Positions 19,590 through 31,576 of a DNA stretch of 64,000 nt are shown here, one piece after another; the first letter of the stretch is position 1; every line of letters starts with the position of its first letter. The notes beneath the pieces were generated by a model, which did not search any database, was not told the origin of the DNA, and worked only from the letters and a program-made list of their open reading frames with translations. Source of the stretch: Macrostomum lignano (taxonomy: Eukaryota). A program made the position numbers and the translations under genes. The stretch spans positions 112,413 to 176,412 of the forward strand of contig NIVC01000248.1 of the NCBI GenBank assembly GCA_002269645.1. The letters are read 5' to 3'.

Positions 19590-20620
19590 TTGTGCTGTGC
19601 TGGGGAGACTTACTGAGATGTCAAGGCTCACGGAGAATAACTGAGATTACGGGGGGGGGGTTTCTGAGATGTCAAAGCAAAAGTCAGAAGCTACTTCAAA
19701 GTACATGTACTTTACTCAATTTTTTTATTACATTCTTTGTTGGCTCGCCACGGGGGGGGGGGGGCGCTAATAGAAGAAGAGTCATGTAAAAAAGAAAAGA
19801 AGCACTATGTATACATAAAAGAAGAGTCATGTCGAAGTTAAAAGATTCATTTGGGAATTGCTACAATGTCAAGGCTTGGGGAGGGTATCGCTATAGTGCT
19901 GTGATTCTTGAAAAAAAGAATCACTAAATTGTCAAGGCTTAGGGGAGAAGAATTGCTGAGATTTTAAGGCTTTACGTTGGGTTAAAGTTAGGTTTAGGTC
20001 AGGTTTGGGTTGAGGGTTATATTTTATCGGGTTTCAAGGTTAGCAGGGGATTTTTCAGATTTCAAGGTTTATGGGGGGCATTGCTGACATGTCAAGGCTT
20101 ATGAGGGTAATAGCTGAGATGTCAAGGCTCACTGGGGTATAAATGAGATTTCAAGGCTAAAGTCAGAAGCTACATGTGGTTTATTGAAAACTTTTTATTA
20201 CATTATTTGTTCGCTCCTCAGGGGAGGGATCGCTGATAGAAAAAGCGTAATGTAAAAAATAAAAGAAGCTTCATGTCGAAGTTAAGAGATCATTTGGGAA
20301 TCCCTACGATGTCGAGGCTTGCAAGGAATCGCTATAATGCTGTAGTGCTATAATGACTGTTGGAGAGAATTACTGAAATGTCAATGCTTTAGGGTTAGGG
20401 CTAGGGTTAGGGTTAGAAGGTTGACAGATTTTTTAAGATTGCAAGGCTTATGGGGCATTGCTAAGATGTCAAGGCGGTTGATATGCTAAGGCTTGTGGGG
20501 GGGATTTTCTGACATGTCAAGGCTTACAAGGTATAATGCAAAGAGACGCTTACATGTAGTTTATTAAAAAAACTTGTACTGCATTTTTTGGCTCCCCAAC
20601 GGGGGGGCACTGATTGCTAG
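19590..20620 (+). mobile_element. Non-autonomous Helitron-like element, tandem degenerate units ending in hairpin + CTAG
   Basis: Two to three ~450-bp related units built from ctgagatgtcaaggct sub-repeats. Terminal gctcccc-aac-gggggggc hairpin (20591-20608) then CTAG (20617-20620) followed by T. Homologous to 40276-40744. Confidence 0.65.
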
Positions 20621-22084
20621 TTAAAATACTATCTGTTTATTTATTACTATTATAATATTAGGGCTAGGATACTTTATAAATTTATATCAGTGCCTTTTGT
20701 GAAAATGCAAAATAATATATATTAGTAGATACTGATAGTTAGGCCTACACTGATTAATATTAGGCCTAAGTTATCATCAATAATCAAATTAGCTACATAA
20801 CTCATCTTCTCATTAACTAGGCGCTAGGCCTATCGCCTATTTGACTCAACTCAACTAGGGCTTAGGCCCTATTTGACAGAATTTTCTTGATTTTTAATTA
20901 TAGAAAAAAAATAGGCTGAATACTCAACTCAACTGTACCAATTAAGCCAAGTATTTGTGAGGAGGGAGGACCCTTGTCAGTGATTTATTGGGCCTTTAGA
21001 TTATTATTAGAGGGCCAAACAAGTATCGTATGTCACATGTGATGGTCAAGCCGTCAAGGTAGGCCTACCTGATAAGAATAAGATAGGCCTAAGGCTGCCA
21101 AAACTATGCTGCACATGCCCAGCAGCCCATCATCCAGTAGCATGTCCTATCGGATGTAATCAGAACTTAGTTAAACTTCTGGACTTCATGGAACAATTTC
21201 GTTCATGGAAATCAAAGTAGCTCGCTTATTTTAGTAGAAGTAGTAGAGTAGAAGTAGTAGTAATAGTAATAATAGTGGCTCAGACAACCTGTTTGAAAAA
21301 TACTAGTTTCCTTACCTTGTGTAATATTAGAGCTTTTGGGTTAAAATATCTGACAACAAAAATTTATATAAAATTTAAAGAACACTTATATAAAAAAATA
21401 CTTTTTGTTAATATCCGTTCCTCATCGGTATGAAATTCAGTAACAATGAACCAAATACCGCGCGCGTACACCGTACGGTGATGACTTGACTTGCTGACTT
21501 GCCGGGTGTCGTGGACGTGAAATCCAACTTCGCTACACTAACACTATCTACCCCAAAATAACTGCAGAACTTGATATTGAGGTCGGGGGGGGGGGGTTGA
21601 AAAAAGAACAGCGTGGGTTGGTCGCCGGGTTTAATCTGTTCGTTCCAGCCGTTCGAATCGGTGCGGTTGCGCGTTTCAAACAAACTGAAACGAAGATCTC
21701 GGCTTGCAGATGACGGGGAGCTCCGCTGCTGAGTTCCTCAGGCTCAGGGGGAGGGTAGCTGTGGTCGCGGCTGAGCGGTCTAGTTTTTGCCGACGTTCAG
21801 AATGCCGAATGCAGAGATTTGTAGCCGAAAAGTGAACTTCAAAATAAGCTAAATTTGTCGAGAGTCTTACTAAATAGTAGTAGGACGCTGCCACCACCGC
21901 GATTGTACGCGGGAAAGGTCTAAAGCTTGAAACTATAGCTTGAGTTCGCTCTAGCGCTTCTCGGTAGACCTCTAATAAGGGTCAAATGAAGCTTCCGAGG
22001 TCACGAAGGCTATAGTTGACACCGTTTCACACACACCATTAAACTGGGCCGGAATAATTAGTGGCCAATTGAACTGGATGAAAT

Positions 22085-22729
22085 TGTTATTATTGAAACG
22101 AAATAGGTTACACACTGCAATTAAAGTTACTAAAATCAGTTATTAACCGTTAACTCGATGGGCGAGGATCGTTGCATGGTCGGGTCGGGATGCTGGGCTT
22201 ACACGTAGGGGCCTCTCGTAATGGGCTGTATTAGAGTTATAGAAGATGGGCAATACCACGAGAGCGGGTAAAACCACGAGAGCGGGCAAAACCACGAGAG
22301 CGGGCAAAACCACGAGAGCGGGCAAAACCACGAGAGCGGGCAAAACCACGAGAGCGGGCAAAACCACGAGAGCGGGCAAAACCACGAGAGTCTGGCTGGC
22401 AAACCCACGAGAGTCTGGTTGGGAAAGACGGGCGCAGACTCTTAAATGGGCTCTCATGAACCACCGGGAGAAAAAGGGTTACCCCGGGTAGGACAGGAGG
22501 AGCACCGGGTGGAACAGGGGAGGATACACCGGGTGGTGATGATTAACACCGGGTGGACCCTAACGCAAAACAACGTAGCAAAACAAAATTACGGGGAGTG
22601 GGAAGGAAGTTACATCGCCTGGGAAAAAAATGACGTCAGAGTGACGCAGAATTCACCGCAGGAGAAAACAAACACTCGGTGGGGAAAAGTCTTGCACGCG
22701 GTGGAGAGAAGTGGGAGGCCTCGCCTACC
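22085..22729 (-). mobile_element. LTR-like / promoter-like module 1 (family unknown), containing an 18-bp repeat
   Basis: Right end reads TGTGGTAGGC on the minus strand; CRE TGACGTCA at 22631-22638; 18-bp accacgagagcgggcaaa x~8 at 22255-22390. Left boundary uncertain; no matching TSD found. Confidence 0.35.
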
Positions 22730-24099
22730 ACAATAATATTTTCTAGTACAAACTTTGAATTTGAATTGTACGTGTCATCACATTTTTGGAAACAGGCACT
22801 AAACTTCAGGCACTATAAGCTTTTTAACAATGGCTTTGGCTGGTCATTTTTGACTGGTCACCAATTAAAACATTATTTCTTGTTTCTTTTAATTTCTTTC
22901 AAGTTTTAGAAAGACGTTTTAGAAAAATTATCGGTTTGTTCGAACTGCGTTGCCATTACTGCACGCATATGTACATGTACAGGCCGCACAAAATTAAAGG
23001 ATCCGAACGTACGTACCCGCTTTCGTTATCAAGTGCCATTTTTATAAGCATTGTTCTCCGTATAGAGAAAGAGGGACATTACGCTTCTCATCCTTACCGA
23101 CGTTTACACAATGTTCATAGTGGGGAGTGGGCTGCACATTAAAATCCATGGCGACGCCCCTGAGTGTATGCAGAATCATGCCATTTGCTTAGTCTTGTGT
23201 ACATGTACATTTAGCTACGTACATTTTAATGTCGGGTTTTAACGTCGGTAAAAGCCGATTGGCCAAAGTTATATGAAAAAATCACCTTAGAAATTTCTTC
23301 CTAATACTCGCATCTTCCTATTTTATCAAGATAGAAAAAAATTCTGCATATTCTTTGCCTTTGGTTTTTACTTCTTTGATTTTTCGCTTCTAAAAGTATT
23401 TCCAATAATTTTTGTACATGCATATATTCCTGCAAATTCGATAAATTTGAGATAATCTGCACATTTGGATCAAACTTACCTGTAGAGCTTCAGATTATCT
23501 TCGGAAAGTTTAAGAGAAAAGATTTTAAAAATGCTGAAAAGCCGGAAAATTCCCACCTCGTTTTAATGTATAATTCACGCAACCCCCGGCTGCAGGAAAA
23601 ACGCCTGTGCAACCCCTGGGTTCCGGCGCTGAATGGTACAGCCACCAGGCCTCGTCCCATAGACTTTGTCCGCCTCTGGATGATGCGGTAGCTGACGTTG
23701 CGGTCAAGATCCCATTATCTAGTAGACTGCGGGCCCGCGGGGTTGTTTGTAGGTACACGCCAGAGGCGCGGCTTCCAACCAGTCACCTGTGTGCAGGAGT
23801 ACATCCAGTTGAAACTCCCACCAGCGAGACAGGACTCCCGGTCTTTAGCAGACGAACGTTCTTGGACCCCAATTCAACTAACTGTACTACATGTAGCTAG
23901 AAATGGCTGGTTAAGGGAATTTAAGCGAGGCATACAAAAGTGTAATTATTTAGAAGTATAGTTACGGCTATAATTATTTGGTTGAATCCGGCTCATACTT
24001 GGTGGTCTTCCACTCTGATCCTCAGTCTCTATTCCATGCCCTGCGACAGGCGCACTCATCTTACACACATTTCATACCACGCTCATGGTACATGTACAT

Positions 24100-24870
24100 G
24101 TAAATAAGTAAACAGACAGAAGCAAACGAGTTGAATATATCTTATGCCCCGAATTACTGGCCCTAAACTTTACCCTAAGGTTAAGATTGAAGGATTAGGA
24201 GATGGTGAGCAATGGGGGGAGACCGGGCTGACGATAGAGGCTATGTAGAGGCTGTCCAGAGGCTGAAGTCACGGACGATCAGTCCGGGAGGTTAAAATCA
24301 AGTCGTGTGGTCGCCTCTAGAGTTGAGAGAGGAAGAGCAACGAACGCTTAAAAAGTGTAAGGTGGGGGGAGCGGGTGGTAAAACGAGAGTGGGAGAGAGT
24401 TTGCCGCTCAGGGCTCAAAACGGGCTCTTATTTATAGCCTTTAGATCACGCGTCACGCGATCACTTGAGCGTGATGCGTGATTATTACATAAAAAAGGCC
24501 ATGACTTCTCCTTGACCTCCGTTACCAAGCAACCCTGATGACGTCACCCGCCAGCCGCGCTGTGATATGACGAGAAATTGGGATGGGGCGCAGCGGAGAA
24601 AAATGATTTATGATGGGAGAGTACGTCACAGACAGGAAAAGCTTGGGGGGATAGGGGGTCATAAAACTGTCACACGCATGAATGATTTCTAAAAAAAGAA
24701 ACAAGGTGGGTTTAATTTTGACATGTTGCGCGGGGGGAGTGGAGTGGTCGATAAGCATGAGTAAACGTGATGACTCATCCCAATGAGTCATCACGGGGAG
24801 GCGCAAGAATCACAGGGAAGAAAGGGAGGGTGCGCAAAAATTAATGGGGGCCAAGGACGTGCCTACATCA
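24100..24870 (-). mobile_element. LTR-like / promoter-like module 2 (family unknown)
   Basis: Right end reads TGATGTAGGC on the minus strand; TATAAATA on the minus strand at ~24429-24436; CRE at 24539-24546; two hairpins (24445-24482, 24766-24795). Left boundary uncertain. Confidence 0.35.
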
Positions 24871-25431
24871 ATATTTATTGTATGAAACGAAATTAGGCAT
24901 TTAAATAAATTTCTATGAATTTTATTTGCTTAATGATCCTCCTACTCTTAGTAGTACTTGACTGAAAGCTTCCTATCTATGATATTTTCACTGGAGATCT
25001 CTAGTTCTACTTTATACGTCCTTGACACGTCGCACTCGTAAATAAATTTAATGGGCTTTTTGCATAGCGTCTGCATTTCCATTTCCTGGTGCTGTCTGCA
25101 TGTTAAAAAATAAAAAAACTGACTTTGTGTGCTGTCGCTAAACGTGAAACTTCCTGCCTAGCTGGCTCGGTTCTGAAAATAAATATTTGCAGAAACTTTA
25201 GTAGTCTGCAATGTGTGACTGCCTGTCAAAGTGTATCATACAATTACTAGAACAAGTCACATGTAAAATGCATGTATGCCGACTGTGAGAATTATGCTTT
25301 GCATTGTGTTGCTTTATTTGCATTTCTGGATAGCTTCGTATTGGTTAGCCACGTGCATTGTAATGGCATATACTATATTACCAATAGGCAAATGCTGTTA
25401 GTCTCGCCGTCACAAATCCTTGCTTATGAAC

Positions 25432-27125
25432 ATTCATGATGTGAAGATTCATGATTGTGAACATTCATGCTTGAGAAGATTCATGATTGTGAAGATTCAT
25501 GATTGTGAAGATTTATGCCTGTAAAGATTAATGATATGAACATTCATGATGTGAAGATACATGATGTGAAGATTCATGCTTGTGAAGATTCATGCTTGTG
25601 AAGATTCATGCTTGAGAATATTCATGATTGTGAAGATTCATGATTGTGAAGAATATTGCTTGTGAAGATTCATGTTCGAAAAGATTAATGATTGTGAAGA
25701 TTCATGCTTGTGAAGATTCATGCTTGAGAATATTCATGATTGTGAAGATTCATGCTTGTGAAGATTCATGCTTGTGAAGATTCATGCTTGAGAATATTCA
25801 TGATTGTGAAGATTCATGATTGTGAAGAATAATGCTTGTGAAGATTCATGTTCGAAAAGATTAATGATTGTGAAGATTCATGCTTGTGAAGATTCATGCT
25901 TGAGAATATTCATGATTGTGAAGATTCATGCTTGTGAAGATTCGTGCTTGTGAAGATTCATGATTGTGAAGATTTATGCCTGTGAAGATTCATGATATGA
26001 AGATTACGATCATGCTTTAGAATATTCATGATTGTGAAGATTCATGCTTGTGAAGATTCATGCTTGAGAATATTCATGATTGTGAAGATTCATGCTTGTG
26101 AAGATTCATGATTGTGAAGATACATGATGTGAAGATTCACGCTTGTGAAGATTCATGCTTGTGAATATTCATGCTTGTGAAGATTCATGCTTGTGAAGAT
26201 TCATGCTTGAGAATATTCATGATTGTGAAGATTCATGCTTGTGAAGATTCATAATTGTGAAGATACATGCTTGAGAATATTCATGCTTGTGAATATTCAT
26301 GCTTGTGAAGATTCATGCTTGTGAAGATTCATGCTTGAGAATATTCATGATTGTGAAGATTCATGCTTGTGAAGATTCATGCTTGTGAAGATTCATACTT
26401 GAGAAGATTCATGATTGTGAAGATTTATGCCTGTAAAGATTAATGATATGAAGATTCATGTTTGTGAAGATTCATGATTGTGAAGATTCATGTTCGAAAA
26501 GATTAATGATTGTGAAGATTCATGCTTGTGAAGATTCATGCTTGTGAAGATTCATGCTTGTGAAGATTCATGCTTGTGAAGATTCATGCTTGTGAAGATT
26601 CATGCTTGAGAATATTCATGATTGTGAAGATACATGATTGTGAAGAATAATGATTGTGAAGATTCATGCTTGTGAAGATTCATGCTTGTGAAGATTCATG
26701 CTTGTGAAGAATCATGCTTGTGAAGATTCATGCTTGAGAATATTCATGATTGTGAAGATTCATGCTTGTGAAGATTCGTGCTTGTGAAGATTCATGATTG
26801 TGAAGATTTATGCCTGTGAAGATTCATGATATGAAGATTACGATCATGCTTTAGAATATTCATGATTGTGAAGATTCATGCTTGTGAAGATTCATGATTG
26901 TGAAGATACATGATGTGAAGATTCACGCTTGTGAAGATTCATGCTTGTGAATATTCATGCTTGTGAAGATTCATGCTTGTGAAGATTCATGCTTGAGAAT
27001 ATTCATGATTGTGAAGATTCATGCTTGTGAAGATTCATGATTGTGAAGATACATGATGTGAAGATTCACGCTTGTGAAGATTCATGCTTGTGAATATTCA
27101 TGCTTGTGAAGATCCATAATTGTGA
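25432..27125. repeat. 16-bp satellite array (~1.7 kb)
   Basis: Unit aagattcatgcttgtg with recurring variants; a marker block at 25971 recurs at 26805. Confidence 0.96.
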
Positions 27126-28050
27126 AGATTATTGTTTTTGAAAAATTCATGCCAGCCTCGATGATTGGCAAATGTTTTTCTGCTTCAAATCTTGCTGTAG
27201 AATTAGGGTTAAAGTTAAGGTTAGAGATAAGGTTATAAAGGTTTGGGTTAGTCTCGGCAGCCAATAACGTAGACCCACTTTTTGCCCGTGCTTAGTTCAA
27301 ATCTTCTTACAGGTAGCTTCGGAGCACCTGTAGAACGTCCTGAAAATTTGTCGAGTTGACTGGCAGAAAACCCAAAAAACAAATTTCCTTTCCTTTAGTG
27401 AGGATTCTGCAACTTTCTCAGCAATTGTAAGAATTTTTGTGCTTAGATTTGACAAAAGGATTTACTGAATGTTTGGAATTTAATTCTGCGCAAGCTGAAA
27501 GCCTTGTACAAATCAATGTCAGGCTTGGCTTGCGTGATTGTAAAGTGACAGCTTGAGTAAAGAATGGGTGCCGAGAAGGACCAACTGGCCCAGGCGAAAG
27601 CTCCAGTCTCTTGCCATTCAAACAAAGGCCGCATGATTGCATCAATTATTTAAAGACTTCCGAAGAAAAATTTCCGCAAAAAAAACCTACCACTAACCTC
27701 TTATAGCAGGCCCGCAAAGTACCTCTTCTCATTCAGCGTCTGCTCTACAGAATCCTTCAGTGACCACACAGCATATCCTCTCTCCCACATCGCTCGCTTC
27801 TTCTCGCCCCCTCCCTTCCAGAAAAGAGCCTTACCGATGCCTCTCGCTGGTTGGTCCAATGCAAATTTGCTCCTCAAAATTCCTTTCCGCTTCACTGTAG
27901 CCCGTGGCAACCTATTTAAATTCTGCAACTTTCCATAATTCTGCAACAATTCTGCAAAGTGCAAAGCAGGAAAGAACAATAATCAACAGAAATAATCTTA
28001 CTTCAAACCAGTGCCGATCTGACAGTAGTCATTGTTCAAGTCAAAAAAGC

Positions 28051-29533
28051 ATGTTAATTAAGATAATAATTTCTCTCTGCTTCTATGCAACAGCAGCTGC
28101 GACTGCGACAGGTAAGAATTGGTAGTAGCGATATAAGAATAAATGAGCCCCGAGAGTTATCAGAGGCTTTAGAAGACACATCAGCACACACTGGGGGAAT
28201 TGTTCGCGCTTTGCCGGCCTCCGAAGCGTCTTGGGATGAAATCAGTGGCAGATCTGGGAAAGAAGGCGATGGTGATAAGCTTCCTCAGGGCGGCTCACCC
28301 GCAGTGGATCGCCTGAGCGGAGCGCTACCGACGAAACACACAACAGCAGCAAACAACAGTGTATAGGTCATATAAAACAGGATCCTGAGCAGTGTCACAT
28401 GATGCGCCTCCAGGCTAGGGGGGGGGGGTTGCCAGTATGACAATCGATGGCAATCACTTATTGTTCTCAATGGTGACGTCGCATTACTCATAATACTCAT
28501 ACTACAAAATCGACTCGCCCTGCAAAATCTACTCAGAGTTTTCCACCGAGTCGGTGGCCCCGTCTGTTCCGGCCGCTGCAGTGTCCTCATGGGCTCGCAG
28601 CGACATCGAGTGCGCAGTCAAGTGCTCGGCCGCCGGGCCCGCCGCCTGCTCAGCGTCCGCCTTTCTGCCGCAGTCGGAGCTCTGTCTGATGTCCGCCGAG
28701 AAAGGCGCCGACTTTTCCGAAAAAGCTTCGCAAAGCTCCGTGCTTCGCAGGCTGACTACTGCCAGTAGTAGCGGCAGTGCTGGTAGTAGTTGGTCTCGCA
28801 ATGCAAGTAAGTTATTGAAACGATTGAAGTGCGATCAAATATTTCGATTTTTTAGAACTGCTGACCTCATATGCCCGTTCATGCGTAACAATTTCAGGCT
28901 ACGTGACCATCGCTGACCGTACGTTTCGCATCATCCAGCACCGATCGAAGGGAGCGCTTAGCTTTGCTCAGAACTGGACTGACTACGAGCACGGGTTCGG
29001 GGATGACGTCGACTTTTGGATCGGTGAGTCAGCTCAGACAGTGCCATGGTGGCATCGGTAGAAGAAACCAGTGTGCAACCACGTGGATCATAATTTCAGG
29101 CCTTCGCACCATCAACGAGCTGACGGGCAGCACGCCGAGAGTGCTGCGGGTGGAGGCCGTCACCTGGGCTGACGAACTCTTCATCGCCGAGTACTCCGGC
29201 TTCACCGTAGGCGATGCCAGCACCAACTACACCATGACTTACACCTCGTACCTGACCGCCAGCTCCAACATGACGGGAGACGCTCTGGCCTACCACAAAG
29301 GCAGCCAGTTCTCCACTATGGACCGGGACAACGATGGCAGGTCCGGCTCCAGCTGCTCCGTGGCTCACTGCGGTAACGGCGGCTGGTGGTACTCGAGCTG
29401 CGCCTACTGCAACCCGAGCGGCGTCTACGAGACCTCCGCCATCGCTGATTCGCTCAAGAAGATGATGTGGAAATACGCCACTGGTGGCACCTATGCCGCT
29501 CTGAAAAGCATCCAGCTGATGGTTCAAGTGTGA
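28051..29533 (+). CDS. Secreted fibrinogen-related protein (signal peptide + PAN/Apple-like domain + C-terminal FBG domain), 296 aa
   Basis: Exons 28051-28111, 28537-28806, 28898-29023, 29100-29533; all phase-1 GT-AG introns, total 891 nt. FBG motifs IIQHRSKGALSFAQNWTDYEHGFG...FWIGL, HKGSQFSTMDRDND, GGWWYSSC. Exon 2 has ECAVKC...C...CL Cys spacing. Confidence 0.9.
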
Positions 29534-30389
29534 ATCCGCTGAACTTCCACCGAAAATTTCAAGCAAACTCAACTCAAGCAAGCATGTTCCCGTAGTTGAA
29601 TGAGATCTGTTTTTCTTTGACTGCAGAACCAAGTTATCGATTTCTGCCGTTCTTTCTACCTAAACTCTGGGCCTTTTAAAGACGGGAAGCAAAAAACTTA
29701 AGTTGGTTTAAAGTATCTATCTTTCTGTAAGCATCGGGAAATTCTCTTGTTTTACTGTGACTACGCCACAATAAATGCAGTCAGACCACTGTTTTTTCAC
29801 TGTTGATCGGTACCCGAGTTGGGGTATCAAGCCTCTGAGTAGTACCCCATTTCGGAGGAGTAATACCCATGGAATTCCGAATACTTGAGTTCTTATAAAA
29901 ATCGTGACTCGTGGCCTTAAAATCGAACAAATTGATTCAAAGTTTAAATTCAGTTGCTAATAATTCAAAGTATTTGACTGCAAGGTTTATGGTTTCTGGT
30001 GCCATTTGCTGAACAAGTTAGATTTTGAACTTTTGACTAAGTCAGATAGCGTTACAGTATCGCATTGACAAGGGCACAAGGGCCCTGCGGCTGTGGGCCA
30101 TCTGACAATTCTAACCCTCCCTCTAGGGGGGGCTTCATAGGGAACTTCATAGAATTTCACAACGCCGAAAGTTCTGCATGGTCCTTGTTACATGTGTATT
30201 AAGTTTTCTACCATGTGAAATTTCGGTCTTGTGAAAGCGACCACTGTCTCTCTCACTCTTAGTCTGACTCTCCCCACGAGTGGATGTGCAAAGATCAATA
30301 CTGTCCCAGCCCAGCTTAGAAAGGATTTACTCGTACTTCCCCTTTCCTCTTTTTTTGCTTGTTTTGTTTGCTTGGCCATTCTGGCTCCA

Positions 30390-30745
30390 ACATGCTCCCT
30401 CGACATGCTCCACCGACATGCTCCACCGACATGCTCCACCGATATGCTCCACCGACATGCTCCACCCACATGCTCCCCGACATGCTCCACCGACATGCTC
30501 CACCGACATGCTCCACCAACATGCTCCACCGACATGCTCCACCGACATGCTCCACCGACATGCTCCACCGACATGCTCCACCGACATGCTCCACCGACAT
30601 GCTCCATTAACATGCTCCACCGACATGCTCCACCGACATGCTCCACCGACATGCTCCACCGACATGCTCCACCAACATGCTCCACCGACATGCTCCACCG
30701 ACATGCTCCACCGACATGCTCCACCAACATGCTCCCCCGACATCC
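30390..30745. repeat. 13-bp minisatellite
   Basis: Unit ccgacatgctcca; the 13-aa periodic ORFs are artefacts of it. Confidence 0.96.
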
Positions 30746-30916
30746 ACACCAACTCCGGTCTTCCACGATTCGGGGTCTATATGATTGAGCTGGGCCTGCT
30801 CAAGCAGCAGAGCATATCGCTCCTACAGTGCGCTCTCATATGTACTGCGACTGACACGTTCGACGACACTACCCTACAAAGGAGGTCACTGCTCTCAAGG
30901 CTAGGTAGAGCGAAGT

Positions 30917-31090
30917 CTGTAGAGTGGAGTCTGTAGAGTGGAGTCTGGACAGTGGAGTCTGTAGAGTGGAGTCTGTAGTGGAGTCTGTAGAGTGGAGTCT
31001 GTAGAGTGGAGTCTGTAGAGTGGAGTCTGTAGAGTGGAGTCTGTAGAGTGGAGTCTGTAGAGTGGAGTCTGTAGAGTGGAGTCTGTAGAG
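30917..31090. repeat. 14-bp minisatellite
   Basis: Unit ctgtagagtggagt. Confidence 0.95.
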
Positions 31091-31576
31091 TGTTTTTGGT
31101 TGCCTTAACCAGTGTTGACACTAAATGTTTTCTAAAGAATATTCTAAAGATTTTTTATAAATAAAATTAAAAACAAGCCGATAAAGAGCTCTTAGCGGTA
31201 TTCATGTAACGGTTTGACAAATTAGCAGGTGCACAAAGTGGGAGGTGAATTCAATGCGAATATCCTATTTTTACGACGCTAAAAGAAGCTTGCGAACAAA
31301 AAATGAATTGTAAAAGTTTACGAAAGCAAAAAGCTATTCATTTCTAAAAATTTGGACCGTTCTGCCTACAGAAGGCGGGGGTGCAATTGACCGGTCTTTT
31401 CGGCTGGTTTGAGCCCATAAAGTTTATGTTTTTACAATTTGTATATCCACAGAAAATCTCAGGTTATACAGCCATGCACCGCAGTGACTGTCTAAATTTT
31501 TGCTGATTCATTAATTTTTTGCTGTGTTCATTTTTACTCAAAATTTGACTCTAATCCGCACACCGATCAGTGACGG

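Noticed and set aside
21765-21790. tRNA A-box-like gcggctgagcggtctag
   Set aside because: No downstream B-box/T-arm or cloverleaf; the nearby gttcgaatc is upstream, in the wrong order.
21235-21890. AGTAGT motifs resembling Polinton/Maverick termini
   Set aside because: No matching inverted terminus and no polB/integrase/capsid ORFs in the window.
24480-24488. GATTATTAC matches the CRESS-virus nonanucleotide NANTATTAC next to a hairpin
   Set aside because: It lies at the base of the stem, not in the loop, and no Rep/HUH ORF is present nearby; likely chance.
30188-31121. Overlapping His/Cys-rich ORFs on both strands
   Set aside because: Products of the 13-bp and 14-bp minisatellites.
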